Shown: one piece after another, positions 7,439 to 16,955 of the stretch
How the letters are laid out: each line of letters opens with the position of its first letter
Numbering within the stretch: the first letter of the stretch is position 1
NCBI GenBank assembly: GCA_938091905.1
Contig: CALKOM010000043.1
Location: 1 to 55,423 of the forward strand
Reading direction: 5' to 3'
DNA from: an uncultured Verrucomicrobiales bacterium
GTDB taxonomy: Bacteria > Verrucomicrobiota > Verrucomicrobiia > Verrucomicrobiales > DEV007
DNA length: 55,423 nucleotides
The notes under the pieces: model-generated
The model's database searches: none
Seen by the model: the letters and a program-made list of their open reading frames with translations, nothing else
Told to the model about the DNA's origin: nothing
Program-made: the position numbers and the translations under genes

Positions 7439-10400
7439 CTACCGAGCAAGAAAGGCGCGCAAGCCGCTACTGTTCACGGTGACGACGAGATCCTTCTTCT
7501 GATCGCCATTGAGATCGGTCAAGACAACACCTTTGGCATCACCAGGGACGACGAGGCCACTTTGCTTGGGCCAGATGGGCTCGAAACCGCCTTTCCCATC
7601 TCCGGCGAGTAGAAGGGAAAGGCCACCATCCATGTTGCCGGTCTCACGCTGCGGACTGTTGGAGTTCCCGATGACGAATACGTCTGGGACGCCGTCTTTC
7701 GTAAAGTCTTCGATGACAATGCCGTAGATGGGAAAGGCCTGAGCGAGCCGAGGGAGCGGTTGGAACTGGAAGCGGCCGCTGCCATCATTGAGAAAGACGC
7801 CGGACTCAAGCGTGTTCGCTTCGTAACGCACCGCCTTCTGCAAACGCGTGTTTGAGTAAATCGATTCAAGCGATTTGCTGGCGAAGGCATGAAAGGTCTG
7901 AAACTTTGATTTCAAGGCGGGCATGGCATTGCTAGAGCAACTGTACCCGCGATGTGGGAGGCAGGTGTCCCCTTCAAACTTCGCCTCCAAGATACGCGAT
8001 TTGCCGGTGCCATCGAAGTCGCCGTAGTAGAGGAGTTCGGGGGCTTTGTACTTCGTATTTAACCCCACATTCCCAACCACCAGGTCGATGTCGCCGTCCC
8101 CATCGAGATCTCCTGCAGCCAGACTGCTCCACCAACCGGTGCGATCGTCCTGTCGAGGCTTTGCTAGTGTTCCACGGTTGTTCTCTAGGACTTGCACCGA
8201 TCCCCATTCAGTGGCCAAGACGAGATCGGGCCAGCTGTCACCATTCGTATCGGCCCAAAGCGCAGATGTGATCATCCCGATGGCCCCGATGCCCAAATCG
8301 GTGAACTTGACGACTTCCTCGGTGGTATCGTTTCGCAGAAGTTGGCTTTGAGGCGCCTCGGGATAGCTGCCTGGAACCACACGGCCTCCGATAAAAAGAT
8401 CCAGATCACCGTCCTTGTCGAAATCTTTAGCAGCCGCAGGGCCGCCGCTCGCCGCGATGTTAGGAAGAGCGTCAACTCCAAGCGTGAAGACACCCTTGCC
8501 GTCATTTAGGTAGAGTCGATCCTTGAATACCGGACTAGCAGGTTCGCCTTCCACGCCGCCGCTCACGACCAAGAGATCTTGGTCGCCATCGCCTTCTACA
8601 TCGAAGAAGAGTGGCGTGATATCTTCACTTGCGGCGTGTTCAGCGAAGACGTTTGCCCCTGTCGAGGGTGCCTTCTTCCGCACATAGATACGACCGGCAG
8701 TACCAGCGCCCTGAGCAAGATAGAAATCCTCTAGACCATCGCCATCCACGTCGGCAAAGGCAATGCCTGGGCCAAGGTGTGAGTGTTTGCTAGGCAAGAG
8801 AGGTTGTCGCGCGAAGTCATCGTAAGGATTCTCGCGATGGACAACGGCCCGCAAGGCATCACTCTCCACGAACAAGGATTGCGGCTTCTTCGGCTTGGCG
8901 CGGCTAGGCGATTCACCGGGCTCGTTAATGACGTAATGCCGGTTTGCCTTCAGATCTTCAAAAGTTTGCTCATGCCCACTGGGCCAGCGCACCGTCAACT
9001 GCTTCACCTTGTCGTGATCCCCGAGCCCAAAGTGGAGCACCGGATCGGGCGAGGACATGAAGCCTCGTGCAGATGTCAGGTATCTTGTGAAAATTTCGCT
9101 AGAATCCTTGAGCCGCACTTGTACGGTGGCGCCTAGACCGAAGCGATTGCTCTTGCTACCGACAAGGCTCACGGCGATCCGGTTCGCGGAGGCCTCGCCA
9201 TTGCGATAGAGAAAGGGTGCGCTATCGAAGTTGTTGACCACGACATCCAGCGCACCATCGCCATCGAGGTCCGAGAGAGCGGACCCAAAGCTAACGCTAC
9301 TAGCATTCAACCCCCAGTCTTTGCCACGTTCCTCCATCTTCAGGTGCCCGGAATGGTGAAACACACGATTGGTCTGTTTGAGAGGTTTCTGAGCATACCA
9401 GAAATCGTAGTAGGTGTCCCAGCCATCGCGTGAAGGTGCCGTGGCTTTAAGGTCACTATTAAGCCAATCGCGACTCATGCCATTGGTGACAAAGAGGTCT
9501 TCGCTCCCATCATTGTCGAGATCGCCAAAGTTCACCGACCAGGTCCAATCCGTCTTGGAGACGCCTAGCATGGCAGCTACTTCCATGAAATGGTCCGTTC
9601 CCGAGTTCAGGTAGAAAGCGTTCCGCATGTACTGCGGCGGTGTGGGAAAGTTCAGGAACCAGGCATCACTTTCAGGACCAGACATGTTGCCCATCTGCAT
9701 CTTTTCATTGTAGTGGGTACTCCCCGCCATGTCTGTCGCGAAAAAGTCTAACAAGCCGTCATTGTTGATATCGACAAGGTCTGCCCCCATGGAGAACCAC
9801 GGCGTGTGCGGTAGGGACGTCTTGGTCATGTCCGTAAAGGTGATCTTTCCGTTCGCGTCCGGTCCATTGTTCGTCCACAGCTGGTCCGGGCCGAAGAAAT
9901 CATTCGCCACATACAGATCGGGCCAACCATCGCTGTTCCAGTCCCACCACGTGGCTGAGAGGCCATAGTGGTTGCCGCTCATGCCGACCTCTCGCGTCAC
10001 TTCAGCAAACGGTTTGTTAGGGCCTTCGTTGCGATAAAGGTGGTCGTATTGCCCAGCGTCGATCTTCTTGAGGCTGCCATCTGGCATGACAATCACATCC
10101 GCATATTGGCGGAAGGCTTCAGGAAGTACAGGCTCACCAGTTGGGCCTCGGCTGAGGGAGAACTTTTGGTTCCGCAGTGTCTGGGGAGCAGGCAGTCGAT
10201 TGGTCACGACAAAGAGATCCAAATCACCATCGCGGTCATAGTCCGCGAAGGTGCCGACGATGCTCGCGCCACGATGATCCACACCAAGCGCCTTGGCACT
10301 CTCGACTAGAACGCGCCCTGCCCCCTTGGCACGATTCAAGTAAAGCCTATTCGGGCAGTCAAAGCCACAAACATAGAGATCGAGCCAGCCGTCGTTATCA

Positions 10401-10810
10401 ACATCGGCCCATGTCGCCCCGGTCGCCCACGTTCCGGAAGGCGCGGCAGGTGTTAGGATCGCCGACCGGTTGGCAAAGCGAAATTTTCCCAAATTCTTGT
10501 ACAGCTGTCCGCCTTTGGCTTGTCCGCAGAAGAAGAGATCTGGCAGGCCATCCTTGTCATAATCCCCAATAGCCACACCCGCGCCGGAAAAGGCATTTGT
10601 CAGCTGATCCCTGTGCTGGGGCGGCGGACTCCAACAATGGACAAAGTCGATCCCAGACTGTTTAGGAGGAATTGATTGGAACCTCAACTCTCCCGAGCCT
10701 CTGGGAGGAGCGGGCCTCAGAGATCGAGCTTCTAGCTGCGCTGTGAGGTTTGTGCCTGCGCTGGTCCAGAGCGCTAGCGCCAAAGCAAAGTACCTTAGAA
10801 ACGTTTGCAT
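7439..10810 (-). CDS. CRTAC1-like secreted protein with FG-GAP/VCBS repeats and ASPIC/UnbV domain
   Basis: Many DxDxDGxxD repeats; LHFGLGD...VRWPSG ASPIC/UnbV signature; signal peptide from MQTFLRY at 10810. Confidence 0.9.
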   Translation of the reverse strand: MQTFLRYFALALALWTSAGTNLTAQLEARSLRPAPPRGSGELRFQSIPPKQSGIDFVHCWSPPPQHRDQLTNAFSGAGVAIGDYDKDGLPDLFFCGQAKGGQLYKNLGKFRFANRSAILTPAAPSGTWATGATWADVDNDGWLDLYVCGFDCPNRLYLNRAKGAGRVLVESAKALGVDHRGASIVGTFADYDRDGDLDLFVVTNRLPAPQTLRNQKFSLSRGPTGEPVLPEAFRQYADVIVMPDGSLKKIDAGQYDHLYRNEGPNKPFAEVTREVGMSGNHYGLSATWWDWNSDGWPDLYVANDFFGPDQLWTNNGPDANGKITFTDMTKTSLPHTPWFSMGADLVDINNDGLLDFFATDMAGSTHYNEKMQMGNMSGPESDAWFLNFPTPPQYMRNAFYLNSGTDHFMEVAAMLGVSKTDWTWSVNFGDLDNDGSEDLFVTNGMSRDWLNSDLKATAPSRDGWDTYYDFWYAQKPLKQTNRVFHHSGHLKMEERGKDWGLNASSVSFGSALSDLDGDGALDVVVNNFDSAPFLYRNGEASANRIAVSLVGSKSNRFGLGATVQVRLKDSSEIFTRYLTSARGFMSSPDPVLHFGLGDHDKVKQLTVRWPSGHEQTFEDLKANRHYVINEPGESPSRAKPKKPQSLFVESDALRAVVHRENPYDDFARQPLLPSKHSHLGPGIAFADVDGDGLEDFYLAQGAGTAGRIYVRKKAPSTGANVFAEHAASEDITPLFFDVEGDGDQDLLVVSGGVEGEPASPVFKDRLYLNDGKGVFTLGVDALPNIAASGGPAAAKDFDKDGDLDLFIGGRVVPGSYPEAPQSQLLRNDTTEEVVKFTDLGIGAIGMITSALWADTNGDSWPDLVLATEWGSVQVLENNRGTLAKPRQDDRTGWWSSLAAGDLDGDGDIDLVVGNVGLNTKYKAPELLYYGDFDGTGKSRILEAKFEGDTCLPHRGYSCSSNAMPALKSKFQTFHAFASKSLESIYSNTRLQKAVRYEANTLESGVFLNDGSGRFQFQPLPRLAQAFPIYGIVIEDFTKDGVPDVFVIGNSNSPQRETGNMDGGLSLLLAGDGKGGFEPIWPKQSGLVVPGDAKGVVLTDLNGDQKKDLVVTVNSSGLRAFLAR

Positions 10811-10869
10811 GGGCCTAAGGTCCCAGGATTGCGCAGGCTTTCGCAATCCCAATCTTGAAAAGCCACGGC

Positions 10870-13800
10870 TTAAGGCTCAATGACAATGCGGTAGTATTGA
10901 GCGCTCGCGTCGGGCGAGTCCATGAACGTGGTCGAATTGCCGGCGTCAGCGGGATGACCCGTCTTCACGTCATCCCAAGTAATCAGATCCCCACTCACCT
11001 GAATGGTGTAAGTAACACCTTCCATACTTGGCCAGGTGAAACTAACAACATCGCCTTCACGCGTAATAGACTGCACTTGGAAATCTCCAGGCATCACTAT
11101 GGGAGGTTCGGTATCACCAGGCAGTGCCTCCCCGGGATGGGAAAATAGGAAAGCAGCGTCCTCTGCGCTGAGTTCTTTCTGATAGATCTGGAAATCATCA
11201 ATCAAGCCGGTGACGCCTAACACCCCTGCCACAGCACCAATTTGGAACGAGCCTCCCTTGCGCACGTCATAACCACCCGATCCGTTCGCCTCACTGAGAA
11301 GCTCTCCGTTCACATACAAGCGAATCCGGTCCACGGTAGGATCTTCGCTGCCGTTTTCATCTGCATAGGTGAAGAGAATGTGATAGGTTTCCCCCGGAGC
11401 CAGGAATGGATCTGAGACAAGCGATTCGGAGCCATCACTGATCCACTGGATGGAATCAGCACTTCCTGAGACGGCCAGAGCGACGCCAAAAGGATCGCCT
11501 GGGGTCTCGTCGCCCCGACCAAATAGGCCTGACGTCGTGCCCACATCTTCCGCGTCTAACTGAATCCAGAAGGCGTAACTTCCCAGCGCAAGAGAAGGCA
11601 GATCCAGCTCGGCAGGCACTTCACCATAGCCAGCACCAATACCTCCCGCGTCTGACAAACGCACAGCGGTTCCGCCAGCAAGCGCGTCAGCGCCCAGCTC
11701 GACAGTGCCGCCATTACTCTCGCGATAAATACCGTGGAATCCATTACCAGACGCGTCCGTCATTTGAGCACCTTCCGTTTCATCCATTCGGTAGTGGGCC
11801 AACAAACGGTTGGAGTTTTCAATTTTCACCCGGAACTGCACCAGGGTGGTCGCTTCGTTCTCATCATCGCTTTCCACTTCTAACGTGGCGCGGAAAGTCC
11901 CTGTCGTTGCTCCAGTTGGCGTGTAGGTCACCTCCACATTGGCTGACTCACCAGGCGCCAGCGTGGTGGGAAGCGCACTGACACTGAAGAGATCCTTATT
12001 CTCTCCGGTTATTGCTGAGCCAGCGATGTTCAGTGTGTTTTCAGTGCCGCTATTGATGATTGCTAGCGTGCGCTTGAGGACGCCAGGATTACCAGGGAAA
12101 GCGCCAAAATCTAACACAGAGGCGGTCGATAGGTTGGGATCACCGATGACGCTTAAAACTCCGTTGTTCATGATCTGATTGATTTCCTCCAATTCCAACG
12201 CTGTGCCAAAGAGGCCAATATCGTCGAGGTTGCCAACAAAGAAGAACCCATCGCCATTGTCTTGACCTGAGCCAATGTTGAAAGGCTTGGTGTCGTTGGG
12301 CGCAACGATGTCGTTCGCCTCTACCTCCAACACGCCATCAATGTAGAGCTTCTTCATCTCTGTCCCACTGTCGTAACTAATGGCAACGTGCTGCCACTCT
12401 CCCAACTTAACCTCGGGGCCATCCAATGTCTGCCAATTTCCTGCCTCTTCGCCATTGCCGCTCCAAAACGTCCAGGCACCAGCCGGCTGATTGTCGTAGA
12501 TGATGAAGCCCTGGCTATCTGGATTGAGATCATTACGACTCGTCACGGGCGAATTCCAAGCCCCAGCGCCACCGTCAGATTTCGCCCACAGCGTTAAGGT
12601 GAAGCTCTCAGGATTCAGGGCTTCATTGAAGGGGACTTGGATGCCACCACTACCGTCAAAGAGAGCGGAAGTGCCAGTACTTGCATTTGCTCCTGGGGCA
12701 CCAAAGCTGACAGCACTGTCAGCGGGGGTCCCGTTAAAGCTCCCGAAAGTTTCGATGACAGAGTCCTCACCACTGGTTCCGGCAGGATCATCCAGCGGCC
12801 AGAAGGCAACGAGCGGATTCGGATTGATCACCTTGACTCGGAGAGGCACTTGGATGGTGGGTGTGCGAGGGTCGTTGGTGGCCAATTCCGCCACCGCCGT
12901 AAAGGATCCGAACAACCCTTCGGGAGTGAATGTCACGTCGAGGAGGCCTTGGGCACCTGGGGCTACAGGATCAGGTGCCGCTGCCGTGAATAAATTGGCA
13001 TGCCGCCCGGAGAACGTGATTTCACTTACCACTAGATCTTGGGAAATTCCCGCGTTCTGGATTGGAATTTGCCCATGGTGAGGGCCACTGTTGATTTGGA
13101 ATTCGCCAAGATTGATCTCGGCTGGGGCTTCAAGGAACGGATCTCGGACGATTCCTTGCACAGCGATGCTGAAGTTAGGCTCGACAGCGCTATTGTTAGC
13201 CACATCTACCGTAATACGAAACGCCCCGGTCTCACCTCTGGGATCGAAGACGAGCGAGATCTCACGCTCGCTACCCGGAGCAATGTCATCAGGTGATTCG
13301 GCAACGGTAAAGTTTGTAACGTCGTCCCCACTTAGAGTGACATCACTAATGAGCAACGCTTGGGTTGCTCCCGTATTCGTGATAGGAAGAACGATAGGCC
13401 CACCAGTCGATGAAAAGTCGACATCGTAGGAACGCCGGCCCGAAATACCAGGATCGCCTAACAAACTCGCCACACCACTATTCATGATCTGTTGGATGGT
13501 TGCCCCTGGAAGTGCTTCATCAAAAATGGCCACATCATCAATGAGCCCAATGAAGAAGAAGCCCCCTCCAAAGTCCTGCCCAGCACCGACGTTGAATGGC
13601 GTGGTATCGTTGGGCGCGACGATATCAGGCGATTCGACTTCGAGAACGCCGTCAACATAGAGCCGCTTCATCTCTTCGGTGTCATCATAGGTGATGGCCA
13701 AGTGCTGCCACTCGTCCAGCTTCACTTCAGGGCCGTCCATGACCTGCCAGTTTCCAGGCTCTTCGCCGTTGCCACTCCAGAACGTCCACGAGCCGCTCGG

Positions 13801-14178
13801 CTCACTGTCGTAAATCAAATAGCCTTGGCTATCCGGGTTGAGATCATGACGGCTGGTGACAGGGGAATTCCAAGCGCCTGCGCCACCAATCGATTTCGCC
13901 CAGAGAGTAAGAGTGAAGCTCTCGGGATTGATGGCCTCAGCCCATTCCGCTTGAATCCCGCCAGATCCCTCGAACTCGGCGGCAGTTCCTGTGCTCGGGT
14001 TGGCGCCATCCTTGCCAAAGCTAACGCCATTGCCGACAGCTCCAGAGTGACCGCCAATGTCATCCGTGACGTTGGCCGCGCCATCGGTTTCATCGAGTGG
14101 CCAGTGCAGAACAAGTTCAGCATGCAAAGGCGCACTGGATAGAGTAAAGAGAGTGACGAATGACAAGAAAGCTTTCAT
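10870..14178 (-). CDS. Secreted protein with three LamG-like jellyroll domains, Ig-like (choice-of-anchor D/ASH-type) spacers and a PVC-type C-terminal domain
   Basis: LVLHWPLDE / LVAFWPLDD / LLAHYRMDE domain starts; WQHLAITYD...LYVDG; G.IDD motifs; C-terminal YTIQVSGDLITW...YYRIVIEP. Confidence 0.85.
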   Translation of the reverse strand: MKAFLSFVTLFTLSSAPLHAELVLHWPLDETDGAANVTDDIGGHSGAVGNGVSFGKDGANPSTGTAAEFEGSGGIQAEWAEAINPESFTLTLWAKSIGGAGAWNSPVTSRHDLNPDSQGYLIYDSEPSGSWTFWSGNGEEPGNWQVMDGPEVKLDEWQHLAITYDDTEEMKRLYVDGVLEVESPDIVAPNDTTPFNVGAGQDFGGGFFFIGLIDDVAIFDEALPGATIQQIMNSGVASLLGDPGISGRRSYDVDFSSTGGPIVLPITNTGATQALLISDVTLSGDDVTNFTVAESPDDIAPGSEREISLVFDPRGETGAFRITVDVANNSAVEPNFSIAVQGIVRDPFLEAPAEINLGEFQINSGPHHGQIPIQNAGISQDLVVSEITFSGRHANLFTAAAPDPVAPGAQGLLDVTFTPEGLFGSFTAVAELATNDPRTPTIQVPLRVKVINPNPLVAFWPLDDPAGTSGEDSVIETFGSFNGTPADSAVSFGAPGANASTGTSALFDGSGGIQVPFNEALNPESFTLTLWAKSDGGAGAWNSPVTSRNDLNPDSQGFIIYDNQPAGAWTFWSGNGEEAGNWQTLDGPEVKLGEWQHVAISYDSGTEMKKLYIDGVLEVEANDIVAPNDTKPFNIGSGQDNGDGFFFVGNLDDIGLFGTALELEEINQIMNNGVLSVIGDPNLSTASVLDFGAFPGNPGVLKRTLAIINSGTENTLNIAGSAITGENKDLFSVSALPTTLAPGESANVEVTYTPTGATTGTFRATLEVESDDENEATTLVQFRVKIENSNRLLAHYRMDETEGAQMTDASGNGFHGIYRESNGGTVELGADALAGGTAVRLSDAGGIGAGYGEVPAELDLPSLALGSYAFWIQLDAEDVGTTSGLFGRGDETPGDPFGVALAVSGSADSIQWISDGSESLVSDPFLAPGETYHILFTYADENGSEDPTVDRIRLYVNGELLSEANGSGGYDVRKGGSFQIGAVAGVLGVTGLIDDFQIYQKELSAEDAAFLFSHPGEALPGDTEPPIVMPGDFQVQSITREGDVVSFTWPSMEGVTYTIQVSGDLITWDDVKTGHPADAGNSTTFMDSPDASAQYYRIVIEP

Positions 14179-14250
14179 AATCAATGCAGGAGGCCGGGTT
14201 AAAATGCTCGTCTAAGCCTCCTTAGCCTCTATTCCAAAGTCAAAGGCATT

Positions 14251-16947
14251 ATGAGCCATCGCCCCACGGATCTTCTCGTCGTTCTCTTGCTTCTGGCGGG
14301 TTCTGTCGAGGCGAGTCTTCGGATCAACGAAATCGTCGCGTCAAACAGATCTGGCCTAGCCGATGAGGACGGCGAGCTTTCCGATTGGATCGAGATTTAC
14401 AATGAAGGGCCGGATGCCATCGATCTCGCTGGCTGGACCCTAACAGATAACATCGCCAAACCTAACAAATGGGCCTTTCCATCGTTAATCGTCGCGCCCG
14501 CTGCCTATGTGGTAATCTTTGCCTCGGGGAAAGACCGTGCGGCCCCTTTGCATACGAACTTCAGGCTTGCGAGCGACGGCGAGTATCTCGCTCTCGCCAA
14601 TCCTCGCAACGAAGCGATGTCCGTCTTATCACCGGCGTTTCCCAAACTAGGGCGAAACATTGCCTATGGTTTTGACACCTCGCTGGTGAACTACCGCCCT
14701 TGGAGAACGCCAACACCGGGAATGGCAAACCGTGAGGATTCAGCACTAGGACCAGCGTTGATCGAGCCCAAAACAGCGTCTCTAACAGCGACAGAAGGCA
14801 CGAACTACGTCATCTCCGTTCGAGCAATTCCTAACGAAGCTCCGGTGGACACGGTTACCCTTAGTAAGCGTATCATGTACAAAGGCGCAAGGGCGCTTGC
14901 CATGAAGGACGACGGCGTGGCTCCGGATGCTCTTGCAGGTGATGGCCGCTACACCACCGAGATTTCGGCGAGCACCCTGTTCGGGAAACGTTTCAGAGCT
15001 GGAGAGATGTTGAGGTGGTCCTTTACTACCCGTGATGTCGAGGGTCGAGAATCACGCCTACCTCCTCTCGATGATGAAGCCCCTTTCCAACCCGAGTATT
15101 TTGGAACGATCGTAGAAGCCCCTACCATCGAGTCCTCACTTCCAATCTTGCATTGGTTTACCGATAATCCTGATGACGCTGTCAGCACAAGCGGCACTCG
15201 AGCTTCAGCGTTCTATGACGGTCGGTTTTACGATAACATCTTTGTGAAGCGTCGAGGACAATCAGGCGCCATTGGATGGGCCAAACCGAAATTGAAGTTC
15301 GACTTCAATCCACAACATCACTTCTTGTATGACTCTGATAGACGGCTGGTGGAAGAGTTTAATCTTCAATCTCACTTCAACGATGCCTCGTTCATGCGTG
15401 AGAACCTCGCCTTTGGATTCTTTAATGATATCGGCACACCGGCCTCCGACACGCGCCACTGGCATATCAGGCTCAATAGCAATTTCTATGGCCTGTTCTC
15501 CTACATAGAGCAAGTGGATCAAGATTTCCTGAAGCAGCAGGGTCTCGATCCTGGAGGGGCTCTTTACAAAGCCAATGGATTCCCTTCCACTTTAGCCAAG
15601 GGGGTCACTCGAGCGCTATATCAGAAAGAAACTCGCAAGGATGAGCCCTATGATGATCTTGTTGAATTTGTAGAAGGCATCAATGGGCCGAATAGATTTC
15701 ACTACATCATGGATCATGTGAATCTGCCAGCCATGGTCAATGAAATGGCTGGCCAAAGTCTGATCCGCAATGCGGACAGACTGACCAAAAATTATTACAT
15801 GTACCGCGATCCCAAAACGGATCTCTGGCAGCGTTTCCCATGGGACATGGATGGAGCGTTCAGCACGAGTTCAGGACTCGCCAATGAGAACTATGCCAGC
15901 CCTTTGTATGGAGACTCGCAGCACACCCAAGCACCTAACCAGGCCATTTATCAGAACTTCCTTCTAGATGCTATTCTCGATCATAACCCTACGCGTCAGA
16001 TGTATCTGCGACGATTACGCACGCTAATCGATACTTATTTGTCAGGAGACTACAGTTACTTTCGATCCGAGATCGATACCCGATTGGCATTGATCAGAGA
16101 CGACGCGCGGGTCGATACTCAAGAATGGGGTACGGGCAACGTCGACAATGGCGTCCGTACCCTCAAAAACACGGCATTCGCATTGCGCAGGCGCGAGCTG
16201 TTGGAAACCTTTGGCAAGGACCTCGTCCCAAGTTCACAGACTACGGGCCTAAACCTCGAATTTGGTCAAGTCTCGCCCACATCCGAGGAGCCCAGAGCGG
16301 AGTACTTTCAGATCAACAATCCAAACCGAGAAGCAGTTGACCTTTCCGGCTGGAAAGTGAGTGGAGCAGTGCGTTATAAGTTTCCTTCGGGAACGGTGAT
16401 CCCAAGAAAAGGAACGCTCTTTAAGCCTGATGCTGGCATCATGCATGTGGTGAGAGATGTGAGAGCCTTTCGTGAGCGCGCAGAGAGCCCGCGTGGCGAT
16501 GAAGGGCTCTTTGTTGTCGGCCCCTATGACGGCAAGCTGTCTTCGCGAGGCGAAACACTTGAGCTCTTTGATGCGGCTGATCGATTGGTGGCTAAGCATT
16601 CCTTTCCCGGCACGGGCGTTACCTATGAGTCCTGGGCGGCAGCTCGTTTCTCTGAAGAGGAACTGTTAGATGATTCCATCAGCGGGATCGCAGTCAATCT
16701 TTCAAAGTACGCCTTCGGTGAAAAGCCAATCACAGGCATCCGAGAGTCTAACGAAATCCGATACCAAAGAATCGCCAATGCTTCTGATCTCACCTTCAAG
16801 TTGGAGATATCCAACGATCTTCGTACCTGGAAGGAAGCTGAAAGCTTCGTCGAGCAAGTCTCCGAGGCCTCAGATGGAATGGAGCAAGTGACGGCTACAT
16901 TCACCAGGGGTCGTGAAAGCTACCTACGAATCATCGTCCAGCACTAG
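14251..16947 (+). CDS. Lamin tail domain + CotH kinase family + lamin tail domain secreted protein
   Basis: LRINEIVASN...DWIEIYN (LTD); KRRGQS, FMRENLAF, FYGLFSYIEQVD, KNYYMY, PWDMD (CotH); second LTD EYFQINNP. Confidence 0.88.
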   Translation: MSHRPTDLLVVLLLLAGSVEASLRINEIVASNRSGLADEDGELSDWIEIYNEGPDAIDLAGWTLTDNIAKPNKWAFPSLIVAPAAYVVIFASGKDRAAPLHTNFRLASDGEYLALANPRNEAMSVLSPAFPKLGRNIAYGFDTSLVNYRPWRTPTPGMANREDSALGPALIEPKTASLTATEGTNYVISVRAIPNEAPVDTVTLSKRIMYKGARALAMKDDGVAPDALAGDGRYTTEISASTLFGKRFRAGEMLRWSFTTRDVEGRESRLPPLDDEAPFQPEYFGTIVEAPTIESSLPILHWFTDNPDDAVSTSGTRASAFYDGRFYDNIFVKRRGQSGAIGWAKPKLKFDFNPQHHFLYDSDRRLVEEFNLQSHFNDASFMRENLAFGFFNDIGTPASDTRHWHIRLNSNFYGLFSYIEQVDQDFLKQQGLDPGGALYKANGFPSTLAKGVTRALYQKETRKDEPYDDLVEFVEGINGPNRFHYIMDHVNLPAMVNEMAGQSLIRNADRLTKNYYMYRDPKTDLWQRFPWDMDGAFSTSSGLANENYASPLYGDSQHTQAPNQAIYQNFLLDAILDHNPTRQMYLRRLRTLIDTYLSGDYSYFRSEIDTRLALIRDDARVDTQEWGTGNVDNGVRTLKNTAFALRRRELLETFGKDLVPSSQTTGLNLEFGQVSPTSEEPRAEYFQINNPNREAVDLSGWKVSGAVRYKFPSGTVIPRKGTLFKPDAGIMHVVRDVRAFRERAESPRGDEGLFVVGPYDGKLSSRGETLELFDAADRLVAKHSFPGTGVTYESWAAARFSEEELLDDSISGIAVNLSKYAFGEKPITGIRESNEIRYQRIANASDLTFKLEISNDLRTWKEAESFVEQVSEASDGMEQVTATFTRGRESYLRIIVQH

Positions 16948-16955
16948 TGACAGAC

